A stretch of 64,000 bases of DNA from Actinomycetota bacterium. Lineage in GTDB: Bacteria; Actinomycetota; Acidimicrobiia; Acidimicrobiales; Ilumatobacteraceae. A model generated the notes under the pieces. It was not told the DNA's origin and searched no databases. It saw only the letters and a list, made by a program, of their open reading frames with translations. The stretch spans positions 781 to 64,780 of the forward strand of contig JAPKZY010000107.1 in assembly GCA_026393535.1 (NCBI GenBank), written 5' to 3'. Every line of letters starts with the position of its first letter. Within the stretch, counting starts at the first letter, position 1. The position numbers were made by a program, and so were the translations under genes. Below are positions 27,446-36,272 of this stretch, piece by piece.

Positions 27446-29029
27446 TTACAGCGTGGTCTCGTGGTCTGTACCCCGAGTAGGCATGACCGAGGCGAAGTTA
27501 TGCATTTCAGGTACTCGAAGTGCGTACAGAGCAACGATGTAGACGACGAGGCCTGCGCCTATGCAAAGGAACAACTCAGCAAGCTGCGACATTCCTGAAC
27601 GAGGATGCAGTACGTATTCAAGCGCCCACACGACTGCTCCCATCACCGCGCTACCAATGGTTGCGCGCCAAATAAGCGAAAGAAGACTCAGCCACTGAAC
27701 AGCCGCATACTTCTTATGCAATAACCACAGGACCAGAACAGACGAGACCATGTAGGCAATGCCGAAGGAGAGTCCTAATCCGAGAACTCCGTGACGCCTG
27801 ACTAAGAACAAAGCCAAGACGATGTTCAAAGTATTTTCAAACACATTGATATAGAACGGCGTGCGTGTGTCCTCGTGTGCATAGAAGCCACGGAGGCAAA
27901 AAATATAAACCGAGAACCCAGCTAAACCGATGGAGAAACCGGCCAGTGCACGAGCAGTGTTGTAGGAAGCGATTGAGTTGAAATGACCGTGTTCCAGAAT
28001 TGCACTGATGATGGGGTGGGCGAGAATGACGATTGCCACTGATGCTGGAATCGTCAAGATGCTGATCCATCGAACGCCCGATGTCAGCCATGATTTGAAT
28101 CCAGCAGTGTCTCCAGCCCGCACGCGCCGAACAAGTTCGGGAACAAATGTCGTAGCGATTGAAATTGCCAGAAGACCGTGAGGCAACATGAAGAAGGTAA
28201 ACGCCTTGCTATATGCGTCTTGGTTTCCACTACCGGGCTCCGCGAGATTCTTGATAACCACGAGTGCGACTTGATTTGTTACGACATATCCAAAAGTCCA
28301 CGATGAAAGCTTGATCATCGTACGCACTGCAGGATGGCTGAAATTGGGAGTGAAGCGAAGAGAGATGTTGGCACGTCGTAGTGCAGGGATAAGAACCAAT
28401 CCCATAGCCATGACGCCCGCAGTGGCGGACATGGTGAAGAGCCAGAAGAAGGTGTGATCAGTAAGTACGTCTTGAAGACCAGGAGTTCCATCGCGAGTGA
28501 ACGGAATGACGAGAAGCATCGTGATGGTGATGACATTCGACAACACAGGGCTCCAGGCAGCAGCAGCAAAATGGCGACGGGAGTTCAGGAGCGCTGAGCC
28601 GATTGCGGTGAGCCCGTAAAAGAAAATTTGAATGAGAAAAATTCGTGACATGACTGTGCCGACGTGGCGAAACTGTTCCGGATTGACAAGCGAGCTGACA
28701 TGAAGCGAAAACAGACGAAAGATCAGAGGAGCAGCGGCTATAGCAATGGCCGTAGCAATTGCAAGAACGATGAGCGAGACAGAGACCACAGCGTTCGTGG
28801 CTTCGTCATCGTCGTCTTCAGCAAAGCGTGTGAACAATGGCACGAGGCTTGCTGCAAGGAGTCCGCCGACTAGCAGTTCATAGATCGAGTTCGGTGAATT
28901 GTTGGCCCCATCAAAAGCGTCTGCAAGCGCAGTCTGTCCAATGATGATTCCAAACACCACGACCCGCAATAACCCCGTCAGGCGAGACATGGCAGTCCCG
29001 ATTGCGACAATAAGTGTGTCCTTGAACAT
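27446..29029 (-). CDS. murJ: Lipid II flippase MurJ (MviN family)
   Basis: From ATG 29029 it reads MFKDTLIVAIGTAMSRLTGLLRVVVFGIIIG..., and it is a polytopic protein of about 14 TM segments typical of MurJ. Confidence 0.85.
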   Translation of the reverse strand: MFKDTLIVAIGTAMSRLTGLLRVVVFGIIIGQTALADAFDGANNSPNSIYELLVGGLLAASLVPLFTRFAEDDDDEATNAVVSVSLIVLAIATAIAIAAAPLIFRLFSLHVSSLVNPEQFRHVGTVMSRIFLIQIFFYGLTAIGSALLNSRRHFAAAAWSPVLSNVITITMLLVIPFTRDGTPGLQDVLTDHTFFWLFTMSATAGVMAMGLVLIPALRRANISLRFTPNFSHPAVRTMIKLSSWTFGYVVTNQVALVVIKNLAEPGSGNQDAYSKAFTFFMLPHGLLAISIATTFVPELVRRVRAGDTAGFKSWLTSGVRWISILTIPASVAIVILAHPIISAILEHGHFNSIASYNTARALAGFSIGLAGFSVYIFCLRGFYAHEDTRTPFYINVFENTLNIVLALFLVRRHGVLGLGLSFGIAYMVSSVLVLWLLHKKYAAVQWLSLLSLIWRATIGSAVMGAVVWALEYVLHPRSGMSQLAELFLCIGAGLVVYIVALYALRVPEMHNFASVMPTRGTDHETTL

Positions 29030-29126
29030 GACTGGAAGGTTAGGTGCTGTGGCTGGGTGGAGTGGGGTACACGGGCCGTGGCCCAATGCTTTTAATTTGA
29101 GCACCCCCCACTAGATTGGAAGACTT

Positions 29127-29990
29127 ATGGATAACCGCTTCGAATCTGTTCAATCTGTCCGCGACGGCCTTAAGGACGTCAATTACCTCGCAGACGACGG
29201 GATTGCCGGAGTTGTATTCCTGGCTGATCGCCTCGGAAAGCCAATTCTTGTAGAAGGCCCTGCTGGTACCGGTAAGACCCAATTGGCAAAGAGTGTTGCA
29301 GAAATGATCGGCGCCAAGTTGATTCGTTTGCAGTGCTACGAGGGACTCGATGAATCGAAGGCGCTCTATGAGTGGAACTACAAGAAGCAGTTGTTGCGCA
29401 TTCAGGCCGACCGTAACTCTGACGCGTGGAGCGATATTCACGACGACATTTTTGGTTCCGAATTTCTTTTGACTCGTCCGCTGTTGGAAGCTATTACCTC
29501 AAAAGAACCAGTAGTTCTTTTAATTGACGAAGTTGACCGCGTAGAAGTTGAAACAGAAGCTTTATTGCTGGAAATTCTTTCGGAATACCAGGTGTCAATT
29601 CCTGAACTCGGAACAATTACTGCTACTCAGATTCCTTTGGTGTTCTTGACTTCAAACAACACCCGTGAATTGTCAGAAGCACTCAAGCGTCGTTGCTTGT
29701 TCCTTCATGTTGATTACCCACAAATGGATCGTGAAAAAGAGATTGTTCTTACGAAGGTTCCTGGAGTCACCGAGATGCTTGCAGATCAGATCGCACGCAT
29801 TGTTCGTAGTATTCGTCAGATTGACCTGAAGAAGGCTCCATCGGTTAGTGAAACTATTGACTGGGCACGCACATTGGTATTGCTTGGTATTGGCACCATC
29901 AATGCTGAGCAAGCCAAAGAAACTCTTCACGTGCTCTTGAAGTACCAATCAGATATCGCAAAGGCAGCCAAAGAGCTGTCTGACGACTGA
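29127..29990 (+). CDS. MoxR-family AAA+ ATPase (CoxD-like subgroup)
   Basis: It has Walker A GPAGTGKT, Walker B VLLIDEVDR, and LIRLQCYEGLDESKALYEWNYKKQLL, which is typical of the MoxR/CoxD-like clade. It is followed by a CoxE-like VWA gene. Confidence 0.85.
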   Translation: MDNRFESVQSVRDGLKDVNYLADDGIAGVVFLADRLGKPILVEGPAGTGKTQLAKSVAEMIGAKLIRLQCYEGLDESKALYEWNYKKQLLRIQADRNSDAWSDIHDDIFGSEFLLTRPLLEAITSKEPVVLLIDEVDRVEVETEALLLEILSEYQVSIPELGTITATQIPLVFLTSNNTRELSEALKRRCLFLHVDYPQMDREKEIVLTKVPGVTEMLADQIARIVRSIRQIDLKKAPSVSETIDWARTLVLLGIGTINAEQAKETLHVLLKYQSDIAKAAKELSDD

Positions 29991-30008
29991 ATCGATCGGC
30001 GCTGACGC

Positions 30009-31448
30009 ATGCTCGATCTTCTGTCCGGGTTCATCATTGAGTTGAGAAATGCTGGTTTGCCAGTAAGTCTCACGGAGAACCTGGATGCCATGCATGCCAT
30101 TTCGCATATTCCCCTAGAGGACCGCGAAGCATTTAAGTACGCACTCGGGGCAACCCTTGTGAAGAACAACGCTCACTGGCGTTCATTTGAGACTGTCTTT
30201 GAGGTGTACTTCAGTTTGCGCGGGCCAGAATATTCCATCACAGACGGTGACGGAGAAGGCAGCATCGACGATTTGTTGCAACAGATGCAAGAAGCCCAGA
30301 TGAAGGGCGAAGGCAATGGTGGCGCTGGCGGAATGGATTCGCTCACACCTGAAGAACTCATGAATATTCTTATGAATGCTCTGATGAACGGCGACCAAGC
30401 TCTCATGCGCGCGTTAGCCCGTCAAGCAGTGCAGCGTTTCGCCGGTATGGAACCAGGTCGCCCAGTAGGGGGCACGTATTACCTCTATCGCACACTACGT
30501 AATCTTGATCTTGACGGCATGCTCGACAAACTTATGGAGGCAAGTAAGAAAGAGGTGGGCGGCGAACTCACCAAGCTCGAAGAGCGTCTTGAAAAGGACG
30601 AATACAACGACCGAATTGAAAAGTTCAAACAAGAAGTTGAAGCTGAAATCCGTCGTCGGTTGGTAGCTGATCGCGGTGCAGAAGCAATGGCAAAGACATT
30701 GCGTAAGCCGCTTCCTGAAGATGTTGAGTTCATGCATGCAAGTCGTGATGAAATGCAAAACCTTAAGAAGTCACTGCAACCGTTGACTCGTAAACTCGCC
30801 GCTCGTTTAGCGCGCAAGCGTCGTCACGGCCGCAAGGGGCCTCTTGATTTTCGCAGCACAGTCCGCCACAGCCTTGCCTACGGCGGTGTGCCTGCTGAAC
30901 CGAAGTTCAAATACCCACGTCCTGCCAAACCAGAGTTGATAGTCATTGCAGATATCTCAGGTTCTGTTGCCGCGTTTGCCCGGTTCACATTGATGCTGGT
31001 GTACGCAATCTCGGGCCAATTCTCCAAAGTCCGCTCGTTTGTTTTCATCGACGGAATTGATGAAGTTACTGAATACTTCAAGAAGACCGAAGACATCTCA
31101 GAGGCGATTCATCGCATCAATACAGAAGCTGACGTGATTTGGGTTGATGGCCACTCTGACTACGGTCATGCCTTTGAAGTCTTTTGGGATAAGTACGGAA
31201 AAGAAATTAATCCAAAGTCAACAGTTCTGTTGCTTGGTGATGCTCGCAACAATTACCACGCGTCTCAAGCGTGGGTTATTAAAGAGATTCGCCAAAAAGC
31301 ACGCCATGTCTACTGGTTGAACCCGGAACCGCGTTCTTATTGGAATACCGGTGACTCAATTGTTGGTGAGTACGGCACTCATACCGATGGTGTCTATGAA
31401 TGTCGCAACCTGCGTCAATTAGAGGCATTTGTCGAGAAGTTGGCGTAA
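30009..31448 (+). CDS. VWA domain-containing CoxE-like protein
   Basis: The N-terminus FIIELRNAGLPVSLTENLDAMHAISHIPLEDREAFKYALGATLVKN is typical of the VWA_CoxE family. The C-terminal VWA domain carries DISGS (MIDAS). Confidence 0.8.
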   Translation: MLDLLSGFIIELRNAGLPVSLTENLDAMHAISHIPLEDREAFKYALGATLVKNNAHWRSFETVFEVYFSLRGPEYSITDGDGEGSIDDLLQQMQEAQMKGEGNGGAGGMDSLTPEELMNILMNALMNGDQALMRALARQAVQRFAGMEPGRPVGGTYYLYRTLRNLDLDGMLDKLMEASKKEVGGELTKLEERLEKDEYNDRIEKFKQEVEAEIRRRLVADRGAEAMAKTLRKPLPEDVEFMHASRDEMQNLKKSLQPLTRKLAARLARKRRHGRKGPLDFRSTVRHSLAYGGVPAEPKFKYPRPAKPELIVIADISGSVAAFARFTLMLVYAISGQFSKVRSFVFIDGIDEVTEYFKKTEDISEAIHRINTEADVIWVDGHSDYGHAFEVFWDKYGKEINPKSTVLLLGDARNNYHASQAWVIKEIRQKARHVYWLNPEPRSYWNTGDSIVGEYGTHTDGVYECRNLRQLEAFVEKLA

Positions 31449-31454
31449 GTCGCT

Positions 31455-32117
31455 GTGTCCAACACTCGACTCGTACTGATTCGCCATGGTGAATCACGAG
31501 CAACAGTTGAACGCTTTCTCGGGGGATCGCGTACTTGCACTGGCCTCACTGATTTTGGTCGGCTACAAGTACGAGCGTTGCGCGACCGTCTCATAACCGG
31601 GCGCGATGTTTCAGCAACTGTTTTAATATCTAGCAATTTTCCGCGAGCCGTTGAGACTGCTCAAATCCTGGCGCCAGCTCTTGGTTCGATGCCTATTCAA
31701 ATTGATGCTGGCTGGGGAGAACACGACCCAGGTCCCGAACTAGACGGAATGTCATGGGACGTCTACATAGGCAAGTTTGGTACACCAACATGGTCAGACC
31801 CTGATGAAGTGATGTTCCCAGGCGGAGAGACTGTTGGACAATTTCATACCAGGGTTGTACGCACGTTGCGCGAAACCGTTCGCAAACATGAAGGTGACAC
31901 GATTGTTGTCGCTTGCCATGGTGGAGTAGTTGACGCTGTCATGCGACATACTTTGCAGATGCATCAAACAGGCAAATTCGAACTCCATACTCTCAACACA
32001 TCGATTACTGAGATTGTTCATATAGAAGGAAGTAAGTGGAGGCTTGTTCGGTATAACGATGCAGCCCATCTAGCAGCCCTTCAGACTGTTACTTCGCCTG
32101 ATTCGTCGGCGTCGTAA
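31455..32117 (+). CDS. Histidine phosphatase (phosphoglycerate mutase-like) family protein
   Basis: It has the LIRHGES catalytic motif and a later CHGG motif, with a GTG start 6 nt after the VWA gene. Confidence 0.8.
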   Translation: MSNTRLVLIRHGESRATVERFLGGSRTCTGLTDFGRLQVRALRDRLITGRDVSATVLISSNFPRAVETAQILAPALGSMPIQIDAGWGEHDPGPELDGMSWDVYIGKFGTPTWSDPDEVMFPGGETVGQFHTRVVRTLRETVRKHEGDTIVVACHGGVVDAVMRHTLQMHQTGKFELHTLNTSITEIVHIEGSKWRLVRYNDAAHLAALQTVTSPDSSAS

Positions 32118-32119
32118 AT

Positions 32120-33364
32120 ATGACAACGCAATTACCAATTGTAGTTGTTGGTGGCGGAACGGCTGGGTGCACTGTTGTATCCACGCTTGCAGCGATGACC
32201 ACTCAGCCCATCGTTCTTATTGAACCTGGCACACCCAGTGTGCACGATGATGAATCAGCGTTCTTTACTGTTCTGTCCGATGAGGCATTGTCTCGTGAAG
32301 TGCAGACAACGTTGGTTGATGGTGGCATGGACATGCCGTATGTGCAGGCTCAGGTTCTCGGTGGAGGAAGTGCCATCAATGGATTGTTATTGACTGGTGA
32401 AGAGCCGTCTTTTTTGTCTGGTCTCACCCGAATGGCCACCGAAGCAGACTGTGGTCAAGTGGGTTCAGCGTTACTTGCAGAGAACGGACGATTCAGCAGA
32501 TTGTGGTGGAACGGTGGACGCTGGAACCCTGGTCGTGCCGTGCAGCATTTGGTCGAGGAAGGCAGGGTGACGGTTATTCCAGAATCAGTCACATATCTGG
32601 AACATGCTCAGCGAGTAATCAAAGTCGCTCACACCACAAACGAAGCTATTGAAGGGTCTCTGTTCGTGATGTGTGCAGGAGCTCTCACAACACCAGCGCT
32701 GTTGCTGCATTCTTCGCTTGAACGTGCAGTCTCCGGTATTGGTGACGGATTACAAAATCATCCCACCATTACGTTTACTCTTCTCTTGAAGGACACTGTG
32801 TCGCAACAATTTGATGCCTCGGTGGTACGTGAATCACGCTCATCGTCTGGCGCTGAATTACTGACTGTTGCCTACGAACGAACTAATGCAGATAATGCGA
32901 CAAACGGATTGATATCTGTATCTTTGATGAATCCGGAGTCACGCGGTGGTGTGTGGAGATCCAACACGGCGATGCAGCATGATTTCAATATGTTGGCAAC
33001 CATGCGCGACAGAGTGGCAATGCGCGAGGCTGTACGTGAATTAATTTCCACCGCGATGGGCTCTTCTTTTTCTACTATTTCACACCAGGTTCTAGTTGAT
33101 GCAGATGGAACCTCGGTGGAAGTGCTTGACGCAATGAAGAATGCTGAGTTGGATGAATGGATCGCAGACCATCTGACTGTTGTGTCGCATGCTGCGTCGT
33201 CCTGCCATGACATTGTTGACTCCGATGGCAAGGTGCGAGGCGTTGGAAATCTCTACATAGCCGATTCGTCTATATTGCACAGTGTGCCACCATGTTCGCC
33301 CGCCGGACCAGTGGTCATTGAGGCGGCGCGAATTGCGCGGGCAATAGGGGAGACATTGACATGA
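32120..33364 (+). CDS. GMC-family flavin oxidoreductase-like protein (short, 414 aa)
   Basis: It has the N-terminal FAD fold VVVGGGTAGCTV, a GGGSAINGLL motif, and a C-terminal GMC-like region (GKVRGVGNLYIADSSILHSVP). It is roughly 100 aa shorter than the typical GMC enzymes I know. Confidence 0.6.
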   Translation: MTTQLPIVVVGGGTAGCTVVSTLAAMTTQPIVLIEPGTPSVHDDESAFFTVLSDEALSREVQTTLVDGGMDMPYVQAQVLGGGSAINGLLLTGEEPSFLSGLTRMATEADCGQVGSALLAENGRFSRLWWNGGRWNPGRAVQHLVEEGRVTVIPESVTYLEHAQRVIKVAHTTNEAIEGSLFVMCAGALTTPALLLHSSLERAVSGIGDGLQNHPTITFTLLLKDTVSQQFDASVVRESRSSSGAELLTVAYERTNADNATNGLISVSLMNPESRGGVWRSNTAMQHDFNMLATMRDRVAMREAVRELISTAMGSSFSTISHQVLVDADGTSVEVLDAMKNAELDEWIADHLTVVSHAASSCHDIVDSDGKVRGVGNLYIADSSILHSVPPCSPAGPVVIEAARIARAIGETLT

Positions 33365-34290
33365 GCTACACGCTGGGACTGCACGAATTGGGCGATGGCT
33401 GTCACGCATATCTGCAGCCAGATGGTGGTTGGGGTTGGTCTAATGCTGGGCTAATTGTTGGCGATGGGGCTTCTTTGTTGGTCGACACTTTGTTTGATCT
33501 CAAGATCACCCAACGCATGCTCGACTCGATGGTCTCGGCGACTCGCGGAGCACCTATAACAACTGTTGTAAATACACATGCGAACGGAGACCACTGTTAC
33601 GGCAATGAGTTGGTTGTCGGAGCAAACATCATTGCTTCGCACGCTACTGCTCATGAGATGGCAGAAGTGCCCCCGGCGATGTTGGCGGCTTTGAATAGCG
33701 CACCAGGAGAAATAGGCGATTTGTTCCGACATTTTTTCGGTGAGTTTGATTTTGAAGGCATTACGCCTGTGCTGCCGACAACTACTTTCACTGGGAAATA
33801 CAGTTGTGAAGTTGGAGGGCGTGTAATCAAATTGGTTGAAGTCGGTCCTGCTCACACCCAGGGCGACACATTGGTTTTTGTTCCTGATGCAAAGACCGTG
33901 TACACAGGAGATATTTTGTTTATTGGTGGAACCCCAGTTGTATGGGTCGGGCCGCTAGAAAACTGGATCGCTGCGTGTGACCTTATTTGTGCCTCTGATG
34001 TTGACCACATTGTCCCTGGGCATGGTCCGCTAACTGACAAGGCGGGTGTCACGGCAATTCGTGACTATCTCTCATTTGTGCAGAGCGAAGCGACTGAGCG
34101 ATTTAATGGCGGCATGGATGCCTGGGATGCAGCGCGCGACATTGCTCTCAACGGGTTTGAAAAATGGGGAGAGTTTGGTCGGCTTGCGGTCAATGTTGAC
34201 ACCGTATATCGATCATTGAGCCCCGCACATAAGAGTCCAGATGTCGTCGAACAGTTCAGGCGGATGTTTGCGCTTGAACTGAAGCATTAA
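33361..34290 (+). CDS. MBL-fold metallo-hydrolase with a variant metal motif
   Basis: Its MBL-fold pattern has THANGDH in place of the canonical HxHxDH, so the second His is Asn. Later motifs are AHTQGD and VPGHG. It overlaps the GMC gene by 4 nt. Confidence 0.7.
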   Translation: MSYTLGLHELGDGCHAYLQPDGGWGWSNAGLIVGDGASLLVDTLFDLKITQRMLDSMVSATRGAPITTVVNTHANGDHCYGNELVVGANIIASHATAHEMAEVPPAMLAALNSAPGEIGDLFRHFFGEFDFEGITPVLPTTTFTGKYSCEVGGRVIKLVEVGPAHTQGDTLVFVPDAKTVYTGDILFIGGTPVVWVGPLENWIAACDLICASDVDHIVPGHGPLTDKAGVTAIRDYLSFVQSEATERFNGGMDAWDAARDIALNGFEKWGEFGRLAVNVDTVYRSLSPAHKSPDVVEQFRRMFALELKH

Positions 34291-35005
34291 CCTGCGAAAG
34301 TTTTCTTCGGACCACCACAACCCATGCGGCGAGTGCAACCATGCTGAAGAAGAACCATTGAAACGCGTATGACAAGTGTGGACCTTCGTCAAGTGGCGGA
34401 AGAGGAACTTTGGCAGGCCACTGTGAATTCGGCTTCGGTATCTCTGTAATAAGTTGCAAGAACATTGGTTCAACAGTTCCACCGACGTATGTAGAAATGA
34501 GCGGAACATCAAAACGCTGAAACTCAGTGTTGCCAGTATCTGTGGAATCAATCGGTCCGAGCGCCGATCGAGACTGAGACGCACGAAGATATCCGACAAT
34601 TTCTAATTGCCCAGTGGGGACAGAAGGAGTCGGCATAGCAAGTGGGACGAAGCCACGGTTTACAAGAATTGTCCGATTGTTGAGCGAGGTAAATGGCACT
34701 GTCGAGTCGTATCCGGCAGATCCGTCTTGTGAGCGATTGATGACAGTGACTGCCTTCGACGAATCGTATGAGCCAGTGATCCTGACTCGGACCCACTCGT
34801 TTGCCGCTTTGTTCCATTTAGTGGGAACGGCTTGATCAAGGGTTTGAAGTGGGGTTGATGTGTGTGCACGCAGAACAGAATTAAAACTCTTCTTTGCATC
34901 AAGACGGTGTAACTGCCAAAGACCAAGATTAAGCATCAACAATATAAGTGACGCAGCGCCGATATGAATCAGGATCCAACGAGGAGAAAGCAGTTTGCGC
35001 ACCAT
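34256..35005 (-). CDS. SURF1 family (cytochrome oxidase assembly) protein
   Basis: It has an N-terminal TM with LGLWQLHRL and a C-terminal PHLSYAFQWFFFSMVAL, the classic SURF1 topology and motifs. Confidence 0.8.
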   Translation of the reverse strand: MVRKLLSPRWILIHIGAASLILLMLNLGLWQLHRLDAKKSFNSVLRAHTSTPLQTLDQAVPTKWNKAANEWVRVRITGSYDSSKAVTVINRSQDGSAGYDSTVPFTSLNNRTILVNRGFVPLAMPTPSVPTGQLEIVGYLRASQSRSALGPIDSTDTGNTEFQRFDVPLISTYVGGTVEPMFLQLITEIPKPNSQWPAKVPLPPLDEGPHLSYAFQWFFFSMVALAAWVVVVRRKLSQVNASVQAQTSA

Positions 35006-35053
35006 GCGCTAGCAACACTATCGGCGTTGGATATAGCGACTACGGTAAGTTGC

Positions 35054-35952
35054 GTGGGGCACAGGGAATACACCGAAGACAGCATTGACTCTGAGTTTTG
35101 GCGGGAAGTGTTCGACGCAGATGTTTCGGCAAGCCCTCCTAAACGAATCGGCGAAGGTCAAGTCGGCATGAACTTACGGTATGTGCTGAAGTCGGATGAC
35201 TCGTCAGTACCGTCGTCTATATTGCAATCGTTCTGGAAGACATGTCGCCATCTGAGCAGGGTGACCAAATCAGAGGTTGTGGAATAGAAGAGGCTCGGCT
35301 TGCAGTCGCAGAACTGAGTCGTTTGCACGGCCCTCGCTGGAATGACCCGACATTGTTCAATATCGATTGGTTGCAACGTCGCGATCCAGAAGATGGTGCT
35401 CGCTTGCATGGTTTGTATTCGTTATTCAAGCCTGGGTTCCTAGGAATTTATAACGATGCCATTTTGTCTGAGACAGGCCAGGAAGGCCTGGACTTCGTGA
35501 ATCAACTGGAGAATTTGATTCCTGCTTATGTAGCGGCAAAAAATGAACCGTTCACTGTGACTCATGGTGACTATCGGCTCGACAACTTGCTGTTCGCTAC
35601 CACCGCAGATGGTGTGCCGTGTGCTGTTGTTGATTGGCAAACCCCAGGCCACGGTAACGGTGTTGGTGATCTTGCTTATTTCATTGGTGCGGGATTATTG
35701 CCACATGACAGACGAAAGTACGAGTGGGAACTTGTTGATTTATACATTGCCGGAATTGAATCGTACGGTCACCGCGTTGATCATGAATGGGTCAAAGACC
35801 ATTACCGCAAAGAAGCAATTTCAGGACTTGTAATGGCGGTTATTGCGTCGCAGATTGTTGGTCGCACAGATCGCGGCGACAAGATGTTCGAAGTAATGGC
35901 TACTCGACATATTGTTCAAGCACTTGAAAATGGAGCTCTGTCGCTTCTATAA
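35054..35952 (+). pseudogene. Phosphotransferase (APH / choline-kinase-like) family gene disrupted by a frameshift and an apparent internal deletion
   Basis: The N-lobe fragment in one frame (IGEGQVGMNLRYVLKSDDSSVPSS) ends at 35287. The C-lobe lies in another frame (IAIVLEDMSPSEQGDQ...HGDYRLDNLLF...VVDWQ) and has an in-frame stop just upstream at 35197-35199. The roughly 60-70 aa normally found between these segments are absent. Confidence 0.6.
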
Positions 35953-36207
35953 AGCGCGATGCTCAACAAGTTGTTTGACGAGGTTGTCCATCGCTGTGGT
36001 TTCCTGCTGGGCGAGTGAACTCAAAGAGGAGTATCGCAATGGCAGAAGAGTCATCATCGCTTCCCATGTGGGGCATTCAACCCCGAGCAGTGAACTAACG
36101 GCTGTACGCAGGCTATTAACAGGGTCCTGGTCATACGTGTCGAGAAGGGTTTCGACTTCCTTCTTGGTCAATGTGTGCACGCCAGAATCGTAGGCGTGAT
36201 AACCCAC
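35947..36207 (-). CDS. Hypothetical protein (86 aa)
   Basis: This ORF fills an otherwise empty gap. I recognise no family, and its stop is convergent with the phosphotransferase remnant. Confidence 0.35.
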   Translation of the reverse strand: MGYHAYDSGVHTLTKKEVETLLDTYDQDPVNSLRTAVSSLLGVECPTWEAMMTLLPLRYSSLSSLAQQETTAMDNLVKQLVEHRAL

Positions 36208-36272
36208 TCATAGGGATACCGAACAGACTTGCTACGGTTCTGTGAAGCAGATCGAACCTTGGGGGCAAAGAG

